A stretch of 64,000 nt of DNA from Syntrophales bacterium (lineage in GTDB: Bacteria; Desulfobacterota; Syntrophia; Syntrophales; PHBD01): assembly GCA_963668175.1 (NCBI GenBank), contig OY764159.1, positions 320,001 to 384,000 on the forward strand, read 5' to 3'. Below the pieces are notes generated by a model. The model was not told the origin of the DNA. It ran no database searches and saw only the letters and a list, made by a program, of their open reading frames with translations. Shown here piece by piece: positions 42,041-49,641 of this stretch. Numbering within the stretch: the stretch's first letter is position 1; each line of letters opens with the position of its first letter. A program made the position numbers and the translations under genes.

Positions 42041-43028
42041 TGTTGCTGCTTTGCTTCCTGTCTCTCTATGGCTTCTGTATAGGCGACAGCCGACGGGATT
42101 TTTGTCCGCCTGGTTCTTCATCATCCTGTCCCCGACATCGCTGTATCCTCTGCCCGACGTAATTTACGAGCATCGCATGTATCTGCCATCCATAGCGATC
42201 GTCGTCCTGGCCACAGGCGGGTTATATCAAATCATTCGCCTGGCAAGCGAGCATTTCATTCCAGGTGTCGCTGCCCGGCGAGTTATTTTAAACAAATCCG
42301 GCCAATATGTCTTGACCCTGCTTATTCTGGCCGTGGCGGTGTCGACCTATGCCAGGAATCTCTACTATCAAGCAGATGTTTCCATCTGGGCGGATAATGT
42401 AGCCAAAAGGCCACAATGCGCCAGAGCACACGTCAATTTAGGGAATGCGCTTTCTGTCATTGGAAGGCCTGTCGATGCCATCCGCCACTTTCAACAGGCT
42501 ATCTCTCTTATAAAATCGCAAGGCATGAGAACCAATTCTCAGAGTCTTATCAACGCTTACAGCAATATGGGTGTTGCTTATCTTCAACTCGAGCAATGGA
42601 AGTCGGCGGAATACTATTTCCGGAAAGCTCTCCAGATTTGGCCGAATAGCGCCCATGCACATACGAATTTAGGTAGGGCTTTATTAATGCTGAAACAAAA
42701 CGATGAAGCCTTTTTTCACTTTCAACAGGCAATTTTAATCAAGCCCCATTATGCCGATGCTCAAGCCAATTATGGTGTCTTCCTTAATGAACAAGGAAAT
42801 TCTGAAGAGGCGATGGTTCATTTTCAGACCGCTCTTCAGGTCATGCCAAAACATGTTGAAGCCAATAACGGCATGGGCACTGTCATGTATCGACGGGGGC
42901 TGTACCCTGCGGCTCGAAACTATTTTAATAAAGTCCTTGAGGTGAGACCGAATCACGAATTCGCACGCAACATGTTGATCGAGCTTGACAAGAAGTCAGA
43001 CAATGGGAGAGAAAGAACAGGTAGATAA
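41130..43028 (+). CDS. TMTC-like GT-C/TPR protein (copy C)
   Basis: Same motifs; GTGA overlap with the copy B stop. Confidence 0.75.
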   Translation: MIKSVERKHALVCVLVTVLLIVAAYSNTLRAPFIFDDRVNIADNMSIRSMWPPWEPLYVSPDTGITGRPLINFTFALNYAVSGDDVWSYHALNIIIQILAALILWGLIRRTLERQQLDINKTWQPAWVALGCTLVWALHPLQTQAVTYLSQRCESLMGLFFLLVFYCAVRGWQSDRHQRAWHLLAILSFVAGAGCKEVIAASPVLLFLYEWVFTRRSWKDILKTSPLLYSGLALGLACELLLVAAGGTTSTGTGNHAFTLTEYWLTQTPVILHYIRLVFWPSDLALDYGMDFHGMIETWPALFIVAALLPVSLWLLYRRQPTGFLSAWFFIILSPTSLYPLPDVIYEHRMYLPSIAIVVLATGGLYQIIRLASEHFIPGVAARRVILNKSGQYVLTLLILAVAVSTYARNLYYQADVSIWADNVAKRPQCARAHVNLGNALSVIGRPVDAIRHFQQAISLIKSQGMRTNSQSLINAYSNMGVAYLQLEQWKSAEYYFRKALQIWPNSAHAHTNLGRALLMLKQNDEAFFHFQQAILIKPHYADAQANYGVFLNEQGNSEEAMVHFQTALQVMPKHVEANNGMGTVMYRRGLYPAARNYFNKVLEVRPNHEFARNMLIELDKKSDNGRERTGR

Positions 43029-43040
43029 AGGGAATTCAAC

Positions 43041-44465
43041 ATGAAAGTATTGCTTATTTATCCGCCCATCACCATGTGGGAGCGCTATTCGTCGGATATC
43101 GGACACGCGGGAGGGCGGCAGTTGCCCCTCGGCATTTTTTATCTGGCATCCTACATCAGGAGCAAGGGTCACGAAGTGTGTGTCATCGATGCGGAAGCGC
43201 AACAAAAGACGGTTGCCGATCTGGTGGCCATCGCAAGTCAATTTCACCCCGATGCCGTAGGCATCAGTGCCACCACCGTCGCATTCCCCCGGGCCATTCA
43301 GGTTGCCGAGGCTATCAAAGAACAGTTAGGCGATATTCCGATCATTTTGGGCGGCCCCCATGTGACGGCGGCAGCCGAGGATGCGATGTCTCATCCGTCC
43401 GTCGACCTAGCCGTCATGGGCGAAGGAGAAGTCACGCTGACCGCTCTGCTCGAAACCCTGGACAAGGGAGGCGACTTGTCCACCCTCGATGGAATTGTCT
43501 TCCGTCGCAACGGACAGGTGGTTTCGACGCCTCGTCACCCCTATATCGATGATATCGACAATATACCGTTTCCCGCCTACGACCTGGTGCCGGACATGAC
43601 CCTCTACAATCCGCCGCCGGCCAATTACAAAGCCTTGCCCATCGCCAACATTATCACCAGCCGCGGCTGCCCGAATCAATGCACCTTCTGCGACCGCTCG
43701 GTTTTCGGCCAGAAATTACGACTCCGGAGCCCTGAAAACATCGCTGCGGAAATCGAAATGCTTTACCGGCAATACCATGTCCGGGAAATCGCGTTCGTGG
43801 ACGACACGTTTACACTACGTCCCGACCACATTATTGAACTATTTAAAATCCTTGACGAAAAAAACATCCACTTCCCATGGACATGCATGAGCCGTATCAA
43901 CACGGTCGATCATGACATATTGAAATTCATGAAGGAGCATGGATGCTGGCACATTTCTTTTGGCATCGAATCCGGCAGCGACGAGATACTGAAACTGATC
44001 AAAAAGAAGATATCTCTGAAAAGAGCCGCGGAGATTATCGCCATATGCAGCAATCTTCATATCCGGACAAAAGGCTTTTTCATCGTTGGTCATCCCGGGG
44101 AAACTGCCGACACCATCGAGCAGACGATTCGGTTGGCTCTCGGACTCCCTCTCGACGATGTCGTTGTTACACTCAATACACCCTTACCGGGAACAGAACA
44201 GTATGAGGCGGCCGCAGATTTCGGGACACTGGGCATGTTGGATTGGTCAACTTTCAACATGTGGAATCCCGTCTTTGTTCCCAGAGGACTTTCCCGGGAA
44301 TTCCTAATTTCGAAACACAAGGAGTTCTATCGCCGGTTTTATCTGAGACCCCGGATCGTGGCCAGGTACCTGCTGAGTTTTTTGTCCGCATCGGGTATCC
44401 GCCGTTTTTTTGCACTATTGCAGAGCCTACCGTTTCTCCTGCAAACCAGAAAAGGAAAACGGTAG
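43041..44465 (+). CDS. Cobalamin-binding radical SAM enzyme (class B methyltransferase-like)
   Basis: PLGIFYLAS and GGPHVT B12-binding region, TSRGCPNQCTFC, FVDDTF, GIESGS, PLPGT. Confidence 0.88.
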   Translation: MKVLLIYPPITMWERYSSDIGHAGGRQLPLGIFYLASYIRSKGHEVCVIDAEAQQKTVADLVAIASQFHPDAVGISATTVAFPRAIQVAEAIKEQLGDIPIILGGPHVTAAAEDAMSHPSVDLAVMGEGEVTLTALLETLDKGGDLSTLDGIVFRRNGQVVSTPRHPYIDDIDNIPFPAYDLVPDMTLYNPPPANYKALPIANIITSRGCPNQCTFCDRSVFGQKLRLRSPENIAAEIEMLYRQYHVREIAFVDDTFTLRPDHIIELFKILDEKNIHFPWTCMSRINTVDHDILKFMKEHGCWHISFGIESGSDEILKLIKKKISLKRAAEIIAICSNLHIRTKGFFIVGHPGETADTIEQTIRLALGLPLDDVVVTLNTPLPGTEQYEAAADFGTLGMLDWSTFNMWNPVFVPRGLSREFLISKHKEFYRRFYLRPRIVARYLLSFLSASGIRRFFALLQSLPFLLQTRKGKR

Positions 44466-44567
44466 CCGCTACGGATCAAAAGCTTCAGACCTGCTATTGA
44501 AAGGGAATGCAAAGCGTCTTTTCATGCTGTTCTCTCTCATGGCTTCGGAAAAGGAGTGAATGAAAAA

Positions 44568-45584
44568 ATGGGAATCGAAAATCGAAACCTCGCCGTCGTG
44601 ATCCCGGCTTACAAAGCGGAAGCGACAATTTCGGCCGTCGTGGACCTGATCCCATCGTATGTCGATTGGATCGTTATCGTCAATGACGCCTCGACGGACA
44701 GAACGCAGGAAGTTGTCGAGCGTATTCGCGATCCCCGCATTCATTTGATCAACCATCAAAAGAATCAGGGAGTCGGTGGGGCCATGCTCTCCGGTTTCAA
44801 AAAGGCAGTGGACCTCGGTGCGGATATCATTGCCAAGCTCGATGCGGACGGTCAGATGGATCCCCGGTTTCTGGATCGTTTCGCTCTCACGGCGATCCGC
44901 TACCAATGCGACTACGTCAAGGCCAACCGCTTCGGCCACATCGAGGCCCTTCCCGCCATGCCCAAAATCCGGCTGGCCGGAAATCTTCTCCTCACGTTTT
45001 TAACCAAATGGGCGTCCGGCTACTGGAACGTCTTCGATCCTCAAAACGGCTATGTGATGATTACCCGAAGAATGATCAAACGCCTTGATTTTACAAAAAT
45101 AGATAAGAGCTATTTCTTTGAAAACAGTATGCTCATCAACCTGAATATTTTAAGGGCCCAAATCGGCGAAATTTACCTTCCGGCCCTTTACGGTGAGGAG
45201 GTGTCCTCCATGCGGTTGGGAAGAATCATCAAGGATTTTCCCGTGAAACTGATGCGCGGCTATTTGCATCGCATCTACCAGAAATACATCTTCCGGAGCC
45301 TCTCTCCGTTTATCTTTCTTTTCCTCTTCGGAATTCTGTCCACGGCTTGGGGCTGTGCATGGGGCGGCGTCGCCTGGTGGAAGTCCTATTTCACCGGAAC
45401 ACCGGCGACCACCGGCACAGTCATTCTTGCCCTGCTACCCCTTCTCTTAGGCTGGACGGCCCTGCTGCAGGCATTCATTCTGGATGTTCAGGATGCGGGC
45501 CCTTGCTTACTCTTCGATCACGATGACGAAACATTAAAATCGGTTGAAAGGAACGAATCCGATCGTTTAAGAAATCGGGGATGA
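44568..45584 (+). CDS. GT2 glycosyltransferase with two C-terminal TMs (GtrB/DPM-like)
   Basis: VIPAYK, VNDASTD, NQGVG, KLDADGQMDP (DxD), DPQNGY; hydrophobic C-terminal helices. Start is 44556 (GTG) or 44568 (ATG). Confidence 0.85.
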   Translation: MGIENRNLAVVIPAYKAEATISAVVDLIPSYVDWIVIVNDASTDRTQEVVERIRDPRIHLINHQKNQGVGGAMLSGFKKAVDLGADIIAKLDADGQMDPRFLDRFALTAIRYQCDYVKANRFGHIEALPAMPKIRLAGNLLLTFLTKWASGYWNVFDPQNGYVMITRRMIKRLDFTKIDKSYFFENSMLINLNILRAQIGEIYLPALYGEEVSSMRLGRIIKDFPVKLMRGYLHRIYQKYIFRSLSPFIFLFLFGILSTAWGCAWGGVAWWKSYFTGTPATTGTVILALLPLLLGWTALLQAFILDVQDAGPCLLFDHDDETLKSVERNESDRLRNRG

Positions 45585-45614
45585 TTCGACCCTATTCCGT
45601 CGGTTTTATAAAAT

Positions 45615-45643
45615 AAAAAAGGGGGCAAGTAAACTTGCCCCCT
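45615..45643 (-). terminator. Rho-independent terminator of pilA
   Basis: Hairpin AGGGGGCAAGT-aa-ACTTGCCCCCT followed by a U-run on the minus strand; lies between convergent genes. Confidence 0.8.
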
Positions 45644-45667
45644 GCATAAAAACCGGTTACGTTATCG

Positions 45668-46039
45668 TTACGGTGCTGAGGTGATGACGCCGGCCGAGTC
45701 GATGGTGAACGTCTTGGGACCGCTTGCATGTTTCGCAGTGATGGTACCCGCACTCTGACCCATGGCAGGAGTTACCGCGACATCCGTCGTCTGGTTAAAC
45801 CCGTAGGACTTCAAATTATCCAGAGTCGGCGTGCCAGCGGGATTGTCCGAGAAATAGGCCTGCGCCGCTGTATAGGCATTCTTGACGTCCGCATTGGCGG
45901 AAGCATTGTAGCCTCTCTGCCTGTAAGCCGTAAACTGCGGGATGGCGATGGCAGCCAGAATACCGATGATCGCGATGACGATCATGAGTTCGATCAACGT
46001 GAAACCTTTCTGTCCTCTCTTGTGAAACGCTCTAATCAT
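45668..46039 (-). CDS. pilA: Type IVa major pilin
   Basis: Reverse complement of 46039 onward reads ATGATTAGAGCG..., so the gene is on the minus strand (ORF track strand label is wrong). Class III leader [27 protein letters not shown] with E5; RBS AAGGAG. Confidence 0.93.
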   Translation of the reverse strand: MIRAFHKRGQKGFTLIELMIVIAIIGILAAIAIPQFTAYRQRGYNASANADVKNAYTAAQAYFSDNPAGTPTLDNLKSYGFNQTTDVAVTPAMGQSAGTITAKHASGPKTFTIDSAGVITSAP

Positions 46040-46207
46040 ATTTTTTCTCCTTTATTTAAAGTATATTATTTCTTATTCATTGAAAACCGCATAAAACTTC
46101 TATCTCTTCCCAAATCACCTCCTTTTCTGATCGTTCGTTTTACGATGGTTTCCTTTTCAAACGAATTTGAATTTCAAAGTCTCTTGTATCGGACGTTAAT
46201 GACCGTT

Positions 46208-46223
46208 TGCAACCCGTGTGCCA
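46208..46223 (-). promoter_or_regulatory. sigma54 (RpoN) -24/-12 promoter of pilA
   Basis: Minus strand TGGCAC-ACGGG-TTGCA is an exact consensus match about 170 bp upstream of pilA. Confidence 0.85.
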
Positions 46224-46467
46224 CGCTCTCCCGCGGCACAACATATTCATGAATTTATCTTTACATATAGATACTTGCGATTTCGCAACCATTCACGTTG
46301 CACGCAGAGGCTGATATGGGTTGGTCCTTAAATCCGGTGATTTTCACCGCTCACTGTTTTTTTCACGACTTTTTCATGAAACACGGGCGGAGCTCACGAC
46401 TTTGTGATATTGATCTTCCCATTGCATATCGTGATACCGTAGCGAGAGAACGTGAACATTGTAAATC

Positions 46468-48339
46468 ATGATAAACACTTATATACATCACGCTTTCACC
46501 CTTCTGCTCATGATCGTTTTGAGCGGGGTTGCTGTTGGGACCGGCACCATCTTCTTGAACAGAATAAACGTTGCTTTCGCCGGCATCGCAGAGCGAATAT
46601 TTTATTCGCTGGGATTGGGATTGGCTGCCATGGCTTATGCAGTCTTCATCCTTTGCGCCCTACAAGCCATTTATCCGTCTGTTATTTATACTCTTATGGC
46701 CTTTTTTTCACTCGTTGGCCTGCCGGGTAGTCTGAATCTCATTAGACAGATCACACCCTCGCGCGCGTTGTCACACCAAGGTATATTAGAGAGTGGGGCC
46801 TTCATTCTTTTGGCAATAACCCTGGGTTCGCTGTTCCTCCTCGTTCTGACACCGGAAATCGGTAAAGACGCCCTCATCTATCACCTGGCCGTCCCAAAGC
46901 TCTTCATCGAACACCATGGCTTCTATTTCATCGAAGGCAACGCTTTCGCAAACTACCCTCTCTTCGGCGAGATGCTGTATATTATGGGATTGGTCCTCCA
47001 GGATGACATCCTGGCAAAAACCATCCATTTTATTCCCTTGTTAGCGATTCTCACGGGTACAGGGATATTCATCCATCAACGGTTCGGCAAAAGCGCTTTT
47101 CCTTATCTTACGCTCCTCATCTTCTTGTCCGTTCCATCTGTCTTCATAACAGCCCATATGGCCTATAATGATTTTTTCGTTACCTATTTCTGCTTAGCGG
47201 CGGTTCTTGCTTTCATCTCGTGGTCGGAACAAAATGGCGACGGATGGCTGATATTGTGCGGGCTATATTCGGGACTGGCTGTCGCCTGCAAATACACGGC
47301 CCTGCTGTTGCCTTTTCTGGGGGTGCTGGGCCTTCTCTGGAACGCCAGAAGCCGGAGCTTATCCACACGGGAAACCGTTCATATCCTTATTCTTTATGCG
47401 ATCAGCCTGATTCTGGCCGGCAGTCCTTTCTACATCAAGAACTGGATCGTAACCGGCAATCCCGTTTATCCTTTTCTGTATAGCATCTTCGGCGGCGTGG
47501 GTTGGGATCCTGATCAGGCAAGGCTTTACGATATCTTCGTTCAAACGCTCGGCATGGGTAAAGAGGCGATAGATTATCTCCTCCTTCCCTGGAATGTGAG
47601 CCTCAGGGCAAAATTGGACAGTCCCCAATTCGACGGTATCCTGGGACCGGTTTTTCTGCTGACCCTGCCTTTCATTCTGGGCATACGCAAGCAGGGACGT
47701 GACTTCACGATCATCCTGATATATTGTGCCTGCATGCTGATCTTCTGGGCTGCTTCCGTCCATCAGATCCGCTACCTGTTCCCGGTCCTGCCGATGCTAT
47801 GCATCACGATAGCTTATATTCTTTCTTACTATAAGGATCGCAAGTCCGTATCGGCCGTCCTTTTTATCCTTGTTGCCATCTCTCTGATCTATAATTTTTA
47901 TTACATCGCACAGGATTTCCGGAAAATAAGGCCCCTCGGCGTCGTTTCCGGAATGGAAAAACGGACCGATTTTCTAAAGCGCACAATCCCCGTATACGTT
48001 ATGTACGACTACATCAACCGCGAACTGCCGCCCGATGCGAAAGTCTATCTCGTCTTCATGAAAAATTACGGTTTTCTCTGCGATCGCACATTTTATGCCG
48101 ATGCGATGTTTGAATCATACACCCTTCAGAAGATTCTCTCGATCTCTCGAAATGGACAGGAAGTCAACGAAGCGTTTAAGAAAAAAGGGGTCACCCATAT
48201 CCTGTACGACGCCCATTATGTTACCGGGGACCTGAGCACGCTGTCGCCTCAGGAAAAACGTCTTTTTACATCTTATCGGAACGAATACCTGAACTTTATC
48301 GCAGGAGATAAGTCTTATCTTCTGTACGTTTTAAAATAA
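46468..48339 (+). CDS. Polytopic membrane protein, putative GT-C (PMT_2/ArnT-like) glycosyltransferase
   Basis: More than 10 TMs; DALIYHL, NYP, KYT, PFYIKNWIVTGNPVYPF, IRYLFP; divergent from pilA. Confidence 0.6.
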   Translation: MINTYIHHAFTLLLMIVLSGVAVGTGTIFLNRINVAFAGIAERIFYSLGLGLAAMAYAVFILCALQAIYPSVIYTLMAFFSLVGLPGSLNLIRQITPSRALSHQGILESGAFILLAITLGSLFLLVLTPEIGKDALIYHLAVPKLFIEHHGFYFIEGNAFANYPLFGEMLYIMGLVLQDDILAKTIHFIPLLAILTGTGIFIHQRFGKSAFPYLTLLIFLSVPSVFITAHMAYNDFFVTYFCLAAVLAFISWSEQNGDGWLILCGLYSGLAVACKYTALLLPFLGVLGLLWNARSRSLSTRETVHILILYAISLILAGSPFYIKNWIVTGNPVYPFLYSIFGGVGWDPDQARLYDIFVQTLGMGKEAIDYLLLPWNVSLRAKLDSPQFDGILGPVFLLTLPFILGIRKQGRDFTIILIYCACMLIFWAASVHQIRYLFPVLPMLCITIAYILSYYKDRKSVSAVLFILVAISLIYNFYYIAQDFRKIRPLGVVSGMEKRTDFLKRTIPVYVMYDYINRELPPDAKVYLVFMKNYGFLCDRTFYADAMFESYTLQKILSISRNGQEVNEAFKKKGVTHILYDAHYVTGDLSTLSPQEKRLFTSYRNEYLNFIAGDKSYLLYVLK

Positions 48340-48428
48340 GCATTCCGGCCGATGCACGGCTTAAGGAATAAAAAGGATTTCATCGTGTCTTAAGAAAGGC
48401 ATACCGCAATTGTCTCGACAATCGAGCC

Positions 48429-48458
48429 TTGACACTCATCCGATATTCGCATTATAGA
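48429..48458 (+). promoter_or_regulatory. Candidate sigma70 promoter of the queD operon
   Basis: TTGACA at 48429 with an imperfect -10 (TATAGA) after an 18-bp spacer. Confidence 0.45.
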
Positions 48459-48490
48459 TGGCATAGAGAATGGATTGGAACTTACAGAAA

Positions 48491-48871
48491 ATGTACGAAG
48501 TTACCATAAAACGGTCTTTCTCCGCCGCCCACACCCTGAAGAACATCGGGGGACAATGCGAAACGCTCCATGGGCACAACTTCGTCGTGGAGGTGACTGT
48601 ATCGGGACAGAAATTGAATGGGGAAGGCGTTCTCATCGATTTCAGAATTCTCAAGCAGTGGACCGACCAGGTCCTCGTATCCCTGGATCATCAATACTTA
48701 AACGATCTTCCTTATTTCAAGGATATCAACCCCTCTTCCGAACAGATTGCGAAATATATTTACGATTGGATCGGCGGCCGGACCAAATCGCTTGATCTGG
48801 TCGTGGCGAGCGTTACCGTCTGGGAATCGGAAAACGCCAAGGCAACGTACCGCGTTGAAACGAAGGAATGA
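48491..48871 (+). CDS. queD: 6-carboxy-tetrahydropterin synthase QueD/PTPS
   Basis: FSAAH, CETLHGHNF, DHQYLN, NPSSE, VWES. Confidence 0.9.
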   Translation: MYEVTIKRSFSAAHTLKNIGGQCETLHGHNFVVEVTVSGQKLNGEGVLIDFRILKQWTDQVLVSLDHQYLNDLPYFKDINPSSEQIAKYIYDWIGGRTKSLDLVVASVTVWESENAKATYRVETKE

Positions 48872-49638
48872 TGATCGATATCCAGAACCAGAAAGATACG
48901 AGAAAGATCAATATCCAGAAGGTCGGGGTCAAGGGCATCAAGTACCCTATCATCGTCCTGGACCGCGCTCACGGCACCCAGCCGGTCAATGCCTCCATCA
49001 ACATGTACGTCAATCTGCCCCATCATTTCAAGGGAACCCATATGAGCCGGTTCGTCGAGGTTCTGAATGAATTCCGCGGTCAGATCAACATTAAGACCTT
49101 CCAGACGATTCTGACGAAAGTGAAAGAAAAACTCCATGCCGCCTCGGCGCATATGGAGATCGAATTCCCCTATTTCCTGGAAAAAACGGCTCCGGTATCC
49201 AAGGCCAAGAGCCTGATGGAATATCGATGTTCGTTCTGCGGCGAGAACAACGGCCGAAAGACGGACTTTCTGGTGAGCGTCGTCGTTCCTATAACCACCG
49301 TTTGTCCTTGTTCAAAAGAAATCAGCAATATGGGCGCTCATAACCAGCGCAGCATAGTTACCGTGAAGGTTCGATTTGCGAAATTTTTCTGGATAGAGGA
49401 TATTATCAGGATCGTCGAAAATTCGGGAAGCGGCGAGGTCTATTCCCTCCTCAAGCGGATCGATGAGAAGTACGTCACGGAAAAGGGATTCGAAAACCCG
49501 ATGTTTGTAGAGGACGTGGTTCGCAACGTGGCACAGCAACTCAAGAAAGACGATAATTTTACCTGGTTCAGCGTCGAAGCGGAAAACTTCGAAAGCATCC
49601 ACAACCACAGCGCCTACGCCTATGTGGAGAAAGAGTAG
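48868..49638 (+). CDS. folE2: GTP cyclohydrolase I type 2 (FolE2)
   Basis: DIQN, KGTHMSRF, CPCSKEIS..GAHNQR, LLKRIDE, NPMFVED, ESIHNH. Confidence 0.95.
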   Translation: MMIDIQNQKDTRKINIQKVGVKGIKYPIIVLDRAHGTQPVNASINMYVNLPHHFKGTHMSRFVEVLNEFRGQINIKTFQTILTKVKEKLHAASAHMEIEFPYFLEKTAPVSKAKSLMEYRCSFCGENNGRKTDFLVSVVVPITTVCPCSKEISNMGAHNQRSIVTVKVRFAKFFWIEDIIRIVENSGSGEVYSLLKRIDEKYVTEKGFENPMFVEDVVRNVAQQLKKDDNFTWFSVEAENFESIHNHSAYAYVEKE

Positions 49639-49641
49639 CCT

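Noticed and set aside
37280..43028. Diversity-generating retroelement (TR/VR) explanation for the repeats
   Set aside because: Mismatches are not adenine-specific, all copies lie in intact ORFs, and no reverse transcriptase is in the window.
45668..46039. ORF track label of '+' strand for the pilin
   Set aside because: The + strand begins TTA CGG TGC and ends CAT; the listed protein is read only from the reverse complement. The promoter, RBS and terminator are also on the minus strand.
48340..49638. preQ1 riboswitch or 7-deazaguanine DNA-modification (dpd) system at queD-folE2
   Set aside because: No riboswitch consensus recognised, and no queC/queE/dpdA/tgt-like gene nearby; a housekeeping role is simpler.
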